A DNA stretch of 64,000 bases from Mangrovicoccus sp. (GCA_049603835.1 JBMYSZ010000015.1:19576-83575); one strand, 5' to 3'. Positions 36,388 through 46,321 are shown, counted from the first letter of the stretch. Numbers and translations: made by a program. Notes: generated by a model not told the origin, from the sequence alone.

Positions 36388-36446
36388 GATGGGCAAATTG
36401 CCCATCCTACATTTGGGCGGCGAGTAGGGTGGGCAATTTGCCCACC
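36388..36446. repeat. Inverted pair of REP-like units upstream of rpmC
   Basis: GATGGGCAAATTGCCCATCCTAC (36388-36410) and GTAGGGTGGGCAATTTGCCCACC (36424-36446). Confidence 0.6.
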
Positions 36447-36595
36447 AATCTCTGTAATGCGGCCGATTTTCCTTGTCATCGGCCTGTCACTCTCCTATAG
36501 GGGCCGCTCATCCACTACCTCCATCGGAATCAGGGTGACCCGCCGCGGATGCGGAATAGGGGCCTTCCGGTGACGTTGAACAAAGGAATAAGGCT

Positions 36596-36802
36596 ATGAA
36601 AGCCAGTGAACTGCGCGATCAGACCCCTGATCAGCTGCGCGAAAAGCTCGTAGAGCTGAAAAAAGAGGCGTTCAACCTCCGCTTCCAGCAGGCAACCAGC
36701 CAGCTTGAAAACACCGCTCGGGTTCGTCAAGTGCGCCGCGATGTTGCGCGCGTGAACACCATCTTGAACGAAAAAGCTGCAGCCGCAGCAGCGGAGGCTT
36801 GA
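36596..36802 (+). CDS. rpmC: 50S ribosomal protein L29
   Basis: 68 aa. [31 protein letters not shown]... is a typical L29 N-terminus. Confidence 0.93.
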   Translation: MKASELRDQTPDQLREKLVELKKEAFNLRFQQATSQLENTARVRQVRRDVARVNTILNEKAAAAAAEA

Positions 36803-36806
36803 TCTA

Positions 36807-37037
36807 ATGCCCAAAAGAATTCTGCAAGGCACTGTCACCAGCGCCAAAAACGACCAGACCGTCACTGTCCGCGTCGAGCGTCGCTTTAAGCACCCGGTTT
36901 TGTTGAAAACCATCAAGAAATCCAAGAAGTATCGCGCTCATGACGAGCAAAATACTTACAAGGAAGGCGATCAGGTTCGCATCATTGAATGCGCGCCGCG
37001 ATCCAAAACGAAACGCTGGGAAGTGCTGACCGCTTAA
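36807..37037 (+). CDS. rpsQ: 30S ribosomal protein S17
   Basis: 76 aa. [25 protein letters not shown]... is a typical S17 N-terminus. Confidence 0.95.
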   Translation: MPKRILQGTVTSAKNDQTVTVRVERRFKHPVLLKTIKKSKKYRAHDEQNTYKEGDQVRIIECAPRSKTKRWEVLTA

Positions 37038-37115
37038 GGTCAGCGCCTTTCAGTTTTTGCGAAACCCTGGGGCCAATGTCCTGAAAAGGCGACCCCAGTT
37101 GTCGGGAGAAACCAT

Positions 37116-37484
37116 ATGATCCAGATGCAGACTAACCTGGATGTTGCTGACAACTCCGGCGCGCGCCGAGTTCAGTGCATCAAGGTTCTGGGCGGATCCA
37201 AGCGTAAATACGCTTCTGTTGGCGACATCATCGTGGTGTCCGTGAAAGAAGCTATTCCGCGTGGCCGTGTGAAAAAAGGCGATGTCCGTAAGGCTGTTGT
37301 CGTGCGCACCGCTAAGGAAGTCCGCCGCGAAGATGGCACTGCCATCCGCTTTGACCGCAATGCTGCGGTTATCTTGAACAACAACATGGAGCCAGTCGGC
37401 ACCCGTATCTTCGGGCCGGTTGTTCGCGAACTTCGCGCGAAAAACTTCATGAAAATCATTTCGCTGGCGCCGGAGGTGCTCTGA
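37116..37484 (+). CDS. rplN: 50S ribosomal protein L14
   Basis: 122 aa. [28 protein letters not shown]... is a typical L14 N-terminus. Confidence 0.95.
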   Translation: MIQMQTNLDVADNSGARRVQCIKVLGGSKRKYASVGDIIVVSVKEAIPRGRVKKGDVRKAVVVRTAKEVRREDGTAIRFDRNAAVILNNNMEPVGTRIFGPVVRELRAKNFMKIISLAPEVL

Positions 37485-37485
37485 G

Positions 37486-37794
37486 ATGGCTGCGAAACTG
37501 AAAAAAGGCGATAAGGTTGTCGTTCTTGCTGGCAAAGACAAAGGCAAGCAGGGCGAGATCCAGTCGGTAGACCCGCAAGCTGGTAAAGCTGTGGTCGAAG
37601 GCATCAATATCTCGATCCGTCACACTCGTCAGAGCCAGCAATCCCAAGGCGGCCGCCTGCCAAAGGCGATGCCGATCCAGCTGAGCAACCTGGCGCTGGT
37701 TGATAGCAATGGCAAAGCAACCCGTGTTGGGTTCCGCTTTGACGACGAAGGCAAAAAAGTGCGCTTCGCCAAAACCACCGGGGAGGCCGTCTAA
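37486..37794 (+). CDS. rplX: 50S ribosomal protein L24
   Basis: 102 aa. [25 protein letters not shown]... is a typical L24 N-terminus. Confidence 0.95.
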   Translation: MAAKLKKGDKVVVLAGKDKGKQGEIQSVDPQAGKAVVEGINISIRHTRQSQQSQGGRLPKAMPIQLSNLALVDSNGKATRVGFRFDDEGKKVRFAKTTGEAV

Positions 37795-38354
37795 TGCTGG
37801 ACGCAACCGAATACACCCCGCGCCTGAAGACGCTTTATCGCGAAACGATCCGCAGCAAAATGCAGGAAGAGTTTGGCTATAAAAACGTCATGCAGATACC
37901 GCGTCTGGAGAAAATCGTTCTCAATATGGGCGTTGGCGAAGCTGTAAACGACACCAAAAAGGTGAAATCGGCTCAGGAAGACCTGACCGCTATCGCTGGC
38001 CAGAAAGCTGTTGTCACCAAGGCGAAGAAATCCATCGCGGGTTTCCGGGTTCGTGAAGGCATGCCGCTGGGCACCAAAGTCACCCTGCGTGGTGATATGA
38101 TGTACGAATTCCTGGATCGTCTGATCACCATCGCGATGCCTCGTATCCGTGACTTCCGCGGCGTATCTGGCAAATCCTTTGATGGTCGCGGCAACTACGC
38201 CACCGGTCTGAAAGAGCACATCGTCTTCCCCGAAATCGACTTCGACAAAGTTGATAGCGTTCGCGGGATGGACATCATCATTTGTACCACCGCGCCGACT
38301 GACGCGGAAGCCAAGGCGCTGTTGAAGCATTTCAACATGCCGTTCAACAGCTAA
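37794..38354 (+). CDS. rplE: 50S ribosomal protein L5
   Basis: 186 aa. Confidence 0.95.
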   Translation: MLDATEYTPRLKTLYRETIRSKMQEEFGYKNVMQIPRLEKIVLNMGVGEAVNDTKKVKSAQEDLTAIAGQKAVVTKAKKSIAGFRVREGMPLGTKVTLRGDMMYEFLDRLITIAMPRIRDFRGVSGKSFDGRGNYATGLKEHIVFPEIDFDKVDSVRGMDIIICTTAPTDAEAKALLKHFNMPFNS

Positions 38355-38370
38355 GGCGAGGGGAATAGAC

Positions 38371-38676
38371 ATGGCTAAGAAATCCATGGTTGAGCGTGAA
38401 AAGAAGCGCCAGCGTTTGGTGGAAAAATACGCCGCCAAGCGTGCTGAGCTGAAAGAGATCGCCAATGACGAAGAGCGGCCGATGGAAGAGCGCTTCAAAG
38501 CGCGCCTGAAGCTGGCGAAACTGCCGCGCAACAGCTCGGCAACCCGTCTTCATAACCGTTGTCAGCTGACCGGTCGTCCGCATGCTTACTATCGTAAGCT
38601 GAAGGTCAGCCGTATCATGCTGCGCGAACTTGGCTCCGCTGGTCAGATCCCTGGCCTCGTGAAGTCTAGCTGGTAA
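38371..38676 (+). CDS. rpsN: 30S ribosomal protein S14
   Basis: 101 aa with the C-terminal [17 protein letters not shown]. Confidence 0.95.
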   Translation: MAKKSMVEREKKRQRLVEKYAAKRAELKEIANDEERPMEERFKARLKLAKLPRNSSATRLHNRCQLTGRPHAYYRKLKVSRIMLRELGSAGQIPGLVKSSW

Positions 38677-38690
38677 GGGAGGGACTGAAT

Positions 38691-39083
38691 ATGAACGATC
38701 CTCTCGGCGATATGCTGACCCGCATCCGCAACGCGCAGATGCGTCGCAAATCCACCGTGCGCAGCCCGGCGTCCAAGCTTCGCGCTTGGGTTCTCGATGT
38801 GCTGGCCGACGAAGGCTATATTCGCGGCTATGAAAAAGTGACCGACGAAAAAGGCCACCCGGCGCTGGAGATCAGCCTGAAATACTATGAAGGCTCTCCG
38901 GTTATCCGCGAGCTGAAGCGTGTTTCTACACCTGGTCGTCGCGTTTACACCGCTTCGCAAGAAATCCCGCAGGTTCGTCAGGGCCTGGGTGTTTCCATCG
39001 TGTCCACGTCGAAAGGCGTGATGTCGGATGCCAATGCTCGCCAAGCCAATATCGGCGGCGAAGTATTGTGCACCGTGTTCTAA
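38691..39083 (+). CDS. rpsH: 30S ribosomal protein S8
   Basis: 130 aa. [20 protein letters not shown]... is a typical S8 N-terminus. Confidence 0.95.
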   Translation: MNDPLGDMLTRIRNAQMRRKSTVRSPASKLRAWVLDVLADEGYIRGYEKVTDEKGHPALEISLKYYEGSPVIRELKRVSTPGRRVYTASQEIPQVRQGLGVSIVSTSKGVMSDANARQANIGGEVLCTVF

Positions 39084-39095
39084 GGGGGAAGACTT

Positions 39096-39629
39096 ATGTC
39101 TCGTATTGGCAAACGGCCGGTGGCGATCCCCTCTGGGGTCACGGCTGAGATCAAAGGCCAGGTTATTGAAGTTAAGGGTCCGAAAGGCTCTCGCAGCTTC
39201 ACCGCAACCGATCTGGTATCCATCACTCAGGAAGATGGTGCCATCACGGTTGAGCCGGCAAACAAAACCAAACGCGCGCGCCAGCAATGGGGCATGACCC
39301 GCACCATGATCGCTAATCTGATCACCGGTGTGACCGACGGTTTCAAGAAAGAGCTTGAGATCCAAGGTGTTGGTTATCGTGCTCAGATGCAGGGCAACAC
39401 TTTGAAACTGTCGCTGGGTTACTCCCATGACGTGAATTTCGAAGTGCCAGAAGGCATCACCGTGACTGCGCCGAAACCGACTGAGATCATTATCGAAGGT
39501 AATGACCAGCAGGTGGTTGGCCAGGTCGCCGCGAATATCCGCGAATGGCGTTCGCCGGAGCCGTATAAAGGCAAAGGCATCCGCTATAAGGGTGAATTCA
39601 TCTTCCGTAAGGAAGGTAAGAAGAAGTAA
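39096..39629 (+). CDS. rplF: 50S ribosomal protein L6
   Basis: 177 aa. [15 protein letters not shown]... is a typical L6 N-terminus. Confidence 0.95.
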   Translation: MSRIGKRPVAIPSGVTAEIKGQVIEVKGPKGSRSFTATDLVSITQEDGAITVEPANKTKRARQQWGMTRTMIANLITGVTDGFKKELEIQGVGYRAQMQGNTLKLSLGYSHDVNFEVPEGITVTAPKPTEIIIEGNDQQVVGQVAANIREWRSPEPYKGKGIRYKGEFIFRKEGKKK

Positions 39630-39640
39630 GGACGAGCAGA

Positions 39641-40000
39641 ATGGCAAACAGCAAACGGGACCTGTTCCTGAAGCGCCGACTGCGCGTTCGGAACAAACTT
39701 CGCAAAATGGCCAATGGTCGGCCGCGCCTTTCGGTGCACCGCTCCAACAAAAATATCAGCGTTCAGCTGATCGACGATGTGGCGGGAGTAACCCTGGCTG
39801 CGGCGTCTTCGTTGGAAAAAGACCTGGGCATTGTGAACCAAAACAATGTGGAAGCAGCAGCCAAAGTTGGCGCGGCAATTGCCGAGCGGGCCAAGGCGAA
39901 AGGCGTCGAAGAATGCTATTTCGACCGCGGCGGTTTCCTTTTCCACGGCAAGATCAAAGCTCTGGCCGATGCAGCGCGCGAAGGCGGGCTGAAGTTCTAA
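39641..40000 (+). CDS. rplR: 50S ribosomal protein L18
   Basis: 119 aa. Confidence 0.93.
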   Translation: MANSKRDLFLKRRLRVRNKLRKMANGRPRLSVHRSNKNISVQLIDDVAGVTLAAASSLEKDLGIVNQNNVEAAAKVGAAIAERAKAKGVEECYFDRGGFLFHGKIKALADAAREGGLKF

Positions 40001-40140
40001 TTGGAGAGGGCGGGGCATTTGCTCTGCCTTTTTCCACTTGTAGCGGGCGCTTTCGGGCGGCCGCTCGATGATCCGGGACCGTTTCGGTCACCGCGATTGA
40101 GCTAACAGGCTAAAAGCCCGTATTCAGGAGAATGCCACTC

Positions 40141-40716
40141 ATGGCAGAACGTGATAACCGCCGGGGTCGCGATCGCGACGAAACCCCGGAATTCGCAGAT
40201 CGTCTGGTTGCGATCAACCGTGTGTCCAAAACCGTAAAAGGTGGTAAGCGTTTCGGCTTTGCTGCTCTGGTGGTTGTGGGTGACCAAAAAGGCCGCGTTG
40301 GCTTTGGCAAAGGTAAAGCCAAAGAGGTGCCTGAAGCGATCCGTAAGGCAACTGAGCAAGCAAAACGCCAAATGATCCGCGTTCCGCTGCGCGAAGGCCG
40401 CACGCTGCACCATGACACTCAGGGCCGTTGGGGCGCTGGTAAAGTGGTTATGCGTACCGCACCGACCGGTACTGGTATCATCGCCGGTGGTCCGATGCGT
40501 GCCGTTTTCGAAATGCTTGGTGTGCAAGACGTTGTTGCGAAGTCCTTGGGCTCGCAGAACCCTTACAACATGATCCGCGCCACTTTGGATGGTCTGAAGC
40601 AAGAATCCAGCCCGCGCATGGTTGCCCAGCGTCGTGGTAAGAAAGTTGCTGACATCCTTCCGAAGCGTGATGAAGCACCGGCTGCAGACGCGGCTCCGGC
40701 CGAAGCTGAGGCATAA
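40141..40716 (+). CDS. rpsE: 30S ribosomal protein S5
   Basis: About 191 aa from [38 protein letters not shown]. The ORF track starts 9 nt earlier. Confidence 0.93.
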   Translation: MAERDNRRGRDRDETPEFADRLVAINRVSKTVKGGKRFGFAALVVVGDQKGRVGFGKGKAKEVPEAIRKATEQAKRQMIRVPLREGRTLHHDTQGRWGAGKVVMRTAPTGTGIIAGGPMRAVFEMLGVQDVVAKSLGSQNPYNMIRATLDGLKQESSPRMVAQRRGKKVADILPKRDEAPAADAAPAEAEA

Positions 40717-40727
40717 GGAAACGTCAC

Positions 40728-40919
40728 ATGTCGAAGAAAACCATCGTCGTTAAGCAGATCGGCAGCCCGATCCGTCGCCCAGAAAAACAGCGCAAAACGC
40801 TGATCGGCCTGGGCCTGAACAAGATGCACAAAACCCGCGAGCTGGAAGACACTCCTTCCGTGCGCGGCATGGTCAACTCGATCCCGCATCTGGTGGAAAT
40901 CGTCGAAGAGCGCGGCTAA
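40728..40919 (+). CDS. rpmD: 50S ribosomal protein L30
   Basis: 63 aa. [30 protein letters not shown]... is a typical L30 N-terminus. Confidence 0.93.
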   Translation: MSKKTIVVKQIGSPIRRPEKQRKTLIGLGLNKMHKTRELEDTPSVRGMVNSIPHLVEIVEERG

Positions 40920-40944
40920 TCCCTCTCTTTGAGCAAGAAATTAA

Positions 40945-40978
40945 GGGCCCTCTAGTGTAAGCTAGGGGGCCTTTTTCT
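40945..40978 (+). terminator. Rho-independent terminator after rpmD
   Basis: GGGCCCTCTAG-tgtaagc-CTAGGGGGCC followed by TTTTTCTTT. Confidence 0.6.
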
Positions 40979-41076
40979 TTGTGGGTCGGATTGGTTGTGG
41001 GGGGCCGTTCCGACCTATCGCCTATTGACCAATCCTCAAGCTGCAAGCCAGCTTAGGCGCATATGGGGGAAGAGAA

Positions 41077-41792
41077 TGTTCCAATTTCATGCCAAAGCCT
41101 GGGCTTTCGCGGCATTGCCGATACTGCTTGCGGGCTCGCCTTATGCGCAGCAGCCCCAAAATTGCACCGATGACGCTATGATCGTCTTTGATGGCTCGGG
41201 CTCCATGTCTGAGATGGGGTTTAACCAGCTTGATGAGCCCCGCATTTTTGAAGCCCGCCGCGCTCTGCGCCAGGTCATGCCGCGGGTAGAGAAATTCCGC
41301 CAAATTGGCCTGATCACCTATGGCCCCAGCCGTGGCGATATATGTGAAGGGGTAGAGCTGCGCTTCACGCCTCGAAAAGACGCCGCTTGGCCCGTGATCA
41401 CAACGATAGATGGGCTTCAGCCTGAGGGCGAAACACCGCTGACAGAGGCGGTGAGGCAAGCCGCAGAGGTGCTGACTGCCCGCGCCGCGAATGGGGTGGT
41501 TGTGCTGGTCACGGATGGCAAAGAAACCTGCGACGGGGCACCTTGCCAATTAGCGGCGCATTTGGCGGCGGATTGGCCGGGGCTAAGGGTGCATGTGATT
41601 GGTTTTAAGGTACGTGGCGACCGGTTTGATTGGGATGCCCAGGGGGTCAATGATTATACGGATGCCCAATCTCCGGCGCGCTGTTTGGCCGAGGCGACGG
41701 GCGGGGAATATGTGTCCGCTGAAACGGTTGAGCAGCTGATTGCAGCGCTACAAGTCACCCTTGGCTGCCCGCTTTTTGGGGCCCTTAGATAA
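41077..41792 (+). CDS. Secreted von Willebrand factor type A (vWA) domain protein
   Basis: Signal peptide MFQFHAKAWAFAALPILLAGSPYA. MIDAS-type motif DDAMIVFDGSGSM and a vWA fold. The ORF-track N-extension is unsupported. Confidence 0.6.
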
Positions 41793-41878
41793 AGCCTGGC
41801 GGATGCTGGATTGGGCACTGCGGGGCCCTAACCGCTCTGCACGCAAATCGGTGCAACTATCGAGAATGTTTAAGGGAA

Positions 41879-41954
<76 letters not shown>

Positions 41955-42011
41955 GGTGGAGCGCTAATAGCCAAACTCGTGAGGGGAATGCAAGGGCCTG
42001 TTTGCGGAAAT

Positions 42012-42254
42012 CTACAATTTAAGCCGTTCTATTTCAGCAGCCAGCTCGATCAGCTTTGGCACAGATTGAGTTCGACCAGATGCCGCCAGCTCAAAAGCCG
42101 CGAATTCCAATAGTTTAACGGCCATATCCTTGGCTTCTGGCGCGGCTTGCCCCATGTCATCCGTAGATTTGAGTTGATCAAAAATTTTTTGGAGCTGCTC
42201 TTCGCTGTCGGCGGAGTTCAGGACTTCGCCGTCAAAATTTACCAATCTTGCCAC
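42012..42254 (-). CDS. Small acidic helical hypothetical protein downstream of luxR
   Basis: 80 aa with lower GC than the host. No recognisable domain. Confidence 0.3.
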   Translation of the reverse strand: MARLVNFDGEVLNSADSEEQLQKIFDQLKSTDDMGQAAPEAKDMAVKLLEFAAFELAASGRTQSVPKLIELAAEIERLKL

Positions 42255-42322
42255 TGGAACCTCACAGGAAAACGCTGATTTTCCCGAGTAGCGCGCAAAT
42301 TGCCGCAGAGAAAGTCCCGCAA

Positions 42323-43117
42323 TTACGCGACAAGTTGCGTGCCGGTCCGCAGAAATCCCGAGGCAATGCCCGTGAGAACCGCAGAGGTTCGGTCGGTCAC
42401 GTCTAGCTTGCTAAAAATTCGGCGGGTCAGCGTATCGACTGTATGGCGAGACACCCCCATGATCTGGGCAATAGATGCCGTGCTTTTGCCGCAAGCGATC
42501 CATTCCAGGACTTCCTGCTCGCGTGCCGCTAAATGCAAATCCTGACCATTTGGCGTTTGGGTTTGGTTGCAAAATTTCAGATGGGCTGCTTGCAGGATCA
42601 GCTGCAATTCTTGCAGGCCCGTCTGGGACGGCAACTTATTCGGCGCAAAGCCCAGGCTCGCATAGCCATTGCGCAAATTCGGGCCAAATAGGCCCAAGGC
42701 AACACCATTGCTTAGCCCAGCCTGACGCCGTGCAACTAGTAATTTCTGTTGTTGCTCCGACAGATCTGTGAGTTGGCCGATTGTATGCCATGAGAAAGGC
42801 GCGCCGCTTCGCAAGGCCATCTCAACAATTGGGTCGAAGCGCACATAGCGGCAATCCACATATTCATCGACCCAGCTTTGCGGAAATCCTTCATGGATCA
42901 TGGTTGGGCCCCCACCTGGCGCAAGCTTGGCGGCGCCCAAGGGGTTATAATGGTGATAGCAAAGCTGCTCTGCACCCAAATCGGTCAGATAGCTTCTCAA
43001 CAAAGCCCAAAGGGACTCGGGGTCTGGGCTCTGAGAGATGCGGGCCAAAGCTGTTTGGATCGAAGCGATTGTCAATTGGATGTCCCAAGGCCGGGCACGC
43101 AGCAGGCAATAGGTCAA
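42323..43117 (-). CDS. LuxR-family transcriptional regulator (autoinducer-binding domain plus C-terminal HTH); LuxR solo
   Basis: 264 aa. C-terminal LuxR HTH (LTAREQEVLEWIACGKSTASIAQIMGVSRHTVDTLTRRIFSKLDV) with an N-terminal autoinducer-binding-like domain. No luxI-like gene is adjacent. Confidence 0.7.
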   Translation of the reverse strand: MTYCLLRARPWDIQLTIASIQTALARISQSPDPESLWALLRSYLTDLGAEQLCYHHYNPLGAAKLAPGGGPTMIHEGFPQSWVDEYVDCRYVRFDPIVEMALRSGAPFSWHTIGQLTDLSEQQQKLLVARRQAGLSNGVALGLFGPNLRNGYASLGFAPNKLPSQTGLQELQLILQAAHLKFCNQTQTPNGQDLHLAAREQEVLEWIACGKSTASIAQIMGVSRHTVDTLTRRIFSKLDVTDRTSAVLTGIASGFLRTGTQLVA

Positions 43118-43169
43118 AACTGCCGATACTACGGGTTCTGGCCGATATAAGATGTCGGTCTAGCAAAAC

Positions 43170-43244
43170 TGGTGGGTGATAAGAGATTCGAACTCCTGAC
43201 ATCTTCGATGTGAACGAAGCGCTCTACCACTGAGCTAATCACCC
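43170..43244 (-). tRNA. tRNA-Val (anticodon CAC)
   Basis: Reverse complement GGGTGATTAGCTCAGTGGTAGAGCGCTTCGTTCACATCGAAGATGTCAGGAGTTCGAATCTCTTATCACCCACCA. Near-identical to the other tRNA-Val except for the anticodon loop and a few stem positions. Confidence 0.85.
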
Positions 43245-43319
43245 TGAGAGGGCCCACATATCTTTGTAACAAAAACGCTGCAAGATGGTTTCGTGATTCT
43301 GACGTAGCGTCTTTTTTCG

Positions 43320-43895
43320 ATGAGAGCTTGTAATTTTGCGAATGGTTCGCAAATATTAGTCTTCGGCAATCTGCAAAAGGTTCTATTCTTGATCCAATCC
43401 AAAACTCCCAAGGTCTTTCGTATCCATACGGTGGATGACCTGGCCCGCATCCCGTTTGAAAATGGTATGGCGGCAGTCGAGGTTCCGGCGGAGCTATTGG
43501 ATAAGCTTGAGCTGAAAAACGAAATCCGAGGGGATAGTGCGCGGCTGCGCAGCTTGGAGAAATCAATTCGGTCTAAGGGCTATCGTCCTATTGAGCCGAT
43601 CACAGCCAGGATTAGCAAAAAGGGAAAATGGGTGGTTCTCAATGGCGGTCATCGCCTGACAGCCGCCCGCCGGATCTTAAAAGAGTTCTGGACCAATCTT
43701 TTCGGCGAAAAGGTCAAAAGCTTTTATTTCGTGCTGTTTCTCACCCCAGATAGTTGGAGCAAGAAAAGCCCGCCTGCCGGGGCTATTTTGAATTTCGGAG
43801 ATGTTGATAGCATCGCGGAAAGCCAACAATCCTGGGAACGGGCGGATCGGCGCGCTAATTTTATCCAGATTCATCCGCCAGAATCGGAAAGCTGA
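43320..43895 (+). CDS. ParB-like nuclease (ParB/Srx N-terminal) domain protein (start uncertain)
   Basis: LEKSIRSKGYRPIEPITARISKKGKWVVLNGGHRLTAARRIL matches the ParB N-domain GxRR core. No HTH or ParA partner is present, and the region is AT-rich. Confidence 0.5.
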   Translation: MRACNFANGSQILVFGNLQKVLFLIQSKTPKVFRIHTVDDLARIPFENGMAAVEVPAELLDKLELKNEIRGDSARLRSLEKSIRSKGYRPIEPITARISKKGKWVVLNGGHRLTAARRILKEFWTNLFGEKVKSFYFVLFLTPDSWSKKSPPAGAILNFGDVDSIAESQQSWERADRRANFIQIHPPESES

Positions 43896-43931
43896 CCGGA
43901 AACCTAACTGGGGACGGGCAGGGGGAAGGGC

Positions 43932-44261
43932 TCAGTGGGACGAGCTTTGGGAAAAGAGATTTAATACCAGAACGCCGGCGATGATCAGGCTCAGGCCCAA
44001 AATCGCCGGCCAGTCGAGCTTTTGCCCAAAGAGCGCCACGCCCAAAATAGCGATCGCGGCGATCCCCACGCCGGACCAGACCGCATAGGCGATGCCGACG
44101 GGGATTATTTTTAGAGCGAAGGACAGAAACACAAAGCTCACCCCATAAGAGCCAAGCGCCAATACGCCCCATCCCCAGCTGCTAAAACCATTCGAGGCGG
44201 TCAAAGCAGTCGTGCCGATGATTTCGCCGATGATCGCGGCGATTAAATAGAGCCAATGCAT
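43932..44261 (-). CDS. Small multidrug resistance (SMR/EmrE-SugE family) efflux protein
   Basis: 110 aa from MHWLYLIAAIIGEIIGTTALTASNGF..., four TM helices with the conserved Glu in TM1. The ORF-track N-extension is not used. Confidence 0.75.
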   Translation of the reverse strand: MHWLYLIAAIIGEIIGTTALTASNGFSSWGWGVLALGSYGVSFVFLSFALKIIPVGIAYAVWSGVGIAAIAILGVALFGQKLDWPAILGLSLIIAGVLVLNLFSQSSSH

Positions 44262-44472
44262 GCCCAGATCTCCAGTTTGAGAAAAAAATTTTAGTCCCAA
44301 TCCGGGGCTGAGAACAGATCGAACCTGTTTTTTGGCCTGTGTCCCTGTGGATAACTAAGGAAATTCAGCGACTTCCAAGATAATTGCGAAAAATTCGCAG
44401 ATTCTCCCTACGTCAGGTGCATTTCTTTGTTGACGACCCCCGCCGCAATATTTAATCACCCTCCTCACGCAA

Positions 44473-44549
44473 GCGGTTGTAGCTCAGTTGGTTAGAGTAC
44501 CGGCCTGTCACGCCGGGGGTCGCGGGTTCGAGCCCCGTCAACCGCGCCA
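44473..44549 (+). tRNA. tRNA-Asp (anticodon GTC)
   Basis: GCGGTTGTAGCTCAGTTGGTTAGAGTACCGGCCTGTCACGCCGGGGGTCGCGGGTTCGAGCCCCGTCAACCGCGCCA. Canonical cloverleaf with an encoded CCA. Confidence 0.9.
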
Positions 44550-44562
44550 CTACCCCAAGGCC

Positions 44563-45348
44563 TTAATTGGTCTTGGGGTGGGCGTAAAAATACCCACAAG
44601 ATGCTTCCTGAGTATGATCAAGACGGCTTAGAATATAGGTCAGATCATCTTGATTCGGATAATTCGGACGCGGCGCGCGTTGGGAAATCAGCGGGTGGAA
44701 TTTCGTGCCTAGGCGTTTGCGCACGGGGCGAAAAATGCTTCGCGCTCCTGCTAAGTTGAAACACTGCTTCATCCCATGCAAAACCGCCCAAGGGTCATCG
44801 CGGACCAGTTCATAGCGCACCAACATCAAGGCCACGCCACGACGACGCCAGGCCAGCAAGCTTGCCAATTTCGCCTGGCGCATATCCAAGATATTGGCAA
44901 AAGCAGTGCCGGTGATCGGATGACGGTCTAGCAAAAGCGGCTGGCCCAGATCATCGGCGCTAGAGCCGTGAAAATAGTCCATTCGGTCCACATAGCTATG
45001 CCAGGGCGTTCGAATAAATCCGCTATAATCTTGTTTTTGCAGCTGCTTTTTGGAATGCCAGGGGCGAGAATAGAGGCTGAGCGTCCAGTCGATCGCGTGC
45101 CGCACCACGCCGACCACCAAAACCGAAGAGGGAATGGCCAGCATGGTGGGAAACCCATGTTTCCAGCCATAGCGGCGGGTGGCGGAAAGGGGCGTGTTTT
45201 TCGCGATCAAGCGCTCTACATAGCTGGTGCCAGAGCAGCGCTCGCCAAAGACCTGAAAACTATCCAGGGGGGCTGGTTTAGGGGGCGGAAGATATTCCAC
45301 CCCATGGTCCGCGAGCAGGGCAAAGGTCGGGTTATCGGGAATTGTCAT
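44563..45348 (-). CDS. Sulfotransferase-family-like protein
   Basis: 261 aa. The P-loop-like FGERCSGTS resembles the sulfotransferase 5'-PSB motif; the rest is unassigned. Confidence 0.4.
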   Translation of the reverse strand: MTIPDNPTFALLADHGVEYLPPPKPAPLDSFQVFGERCSGTSYVERLIAKNTPLSATRRYGWKHGFPTMLAIPSSVLVVGVVRHAIDWTLSLYSRPWHSKKQLQKQDYSGFIRTPWHSYVDRMDYFHGSSADDLGQPLLLDRHPITGTAFANILDMRQAKLASLLAWRRRGVALMLVRYELVRDDPWAVLHGMKQCFNLAGARSIFRPVRKRLGTKFHPLISQRAPRPNYPNQDDLTYILSRLDHTQEASCGYFYAHPKTN

Positions 45349-45451
45349 TTGGTTATCAATCGTTTTAGACGGTCCCCGTTTACGATAAATTCAGTTGGGA
45401 GACGGTTAATCCTGACTGAAAACTCATTGCTCCACTGAATAAGAGGATCAG

Positions 45452-46321
45452 ATGCAAATTGCTGCTGCGGTCACTATGGTCCGTGACGATCCAGAATTTT
45501 TGGATATCTGGCTGCGCTATTATGGCGGCCTTTTTGGGCGGCAGGCGCTGTATGTGATCAATCATGGGCAGCAGGATTGGATCAAGGAAATGGCCCAGGG
45601 ATGCAATATTATCGGCATTCCTGGTTTTGCTCATAAGGGGTTTGATGCCAAACGGTGGCGGCTGTTAAATCACTTGGTTCAGGGGCTGCGGCAGTATCAT
45701 AAACATGTGATTGTCGGCGATGTGGATGAGCTGGTGCTGCGCGACCCGGCTTTGGGCAGTCTCGGAGATTTCCTGGAGGAAACGCGCAAAGGGACGGTGA
45801 TAACCGCTTTCGGCTTGGAGCTGGTTCATCGCAGCTATGAAGAGCCTGCGGCTTTCACCGCTCCGATCTTGGGCGGGCGGCGCTTTGTGCGTGTATCCCC
45901 GCTTTACACCAAACCCTGCATCGTCAGCGCGGCGACCCAGATTTCTCGTGGCGGGCATTATGCAACCGCTGAGACGCTGGATATGCCGGAGGGGCTTTAT
46001 CTGTTTCACCTGAAATTCGCGGATCGGGGGCTTTATAGCCGGGTGCTGGATCGCCGGAATGCAGTGGCAGAGGCCACCGGGGCAGAGCGGCCGCGCGATG
46101 CGATGATTGGCCGGCACTGGTTTGCTCAGACCCGCGATGACAGTTTGCAATTTGCTGTGATAGATGACGCGCCAGTATCCGCTGATTTCGACTTCACCGC
46201 GCATCGCGCCGCTATGGCGTCAAGCTGGGCGCCGCGTGGCGATGACGGCTATTGGCAGTTCGACCGCCATGATGACGCTCAGCTATATGAAGTGCCTGAG
46301 CGGTTTTGGCGGATGTTTTAG
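45452..46321 (+). CDS. Putative glycosyltransferase-like protein (GT-A-type, DxD motif GDVDE)
   Basis: 289 aa. The N-terminal MVRDDPEFLDIWLRYYG... and VIVGDVDELV suggest a nucleotide-sugar transferase fold. Weak assignment. Confidence 0.35.
   Translation: MQIAAAVTMVRDDPEFLDIWLRYYGGLFGRQALYVINHGQQDWIKEMAQGCNIIGIPGFAHKGFDAKRWRLLNHLVQGLRQYHKHVIVGDVDELVLRDPALGSLGDFLEETRKGTVITAFGLELVHRSYEEPAAFTAPILGGRRFVRVSPLYTKPCIVSAATQISRGGHYATAETLDMPEGLYLFHLKFADRGLYSRVLDRRNAVAEATGAERPRDAMIGRHWFAQTRDDSLQFAVIDDAPVSADFDFTAHRAAMASSWAPRGDDGYWQFDRHDDAQLYEVPERFWRMF

Noticed and set aside
44928-45438. Small ORFs inside and antisense to the sulfotransferase-like gene
   Set aside because: They are contained within the longer ORF, have no RBS, and their products are Arg/Gly-rich.
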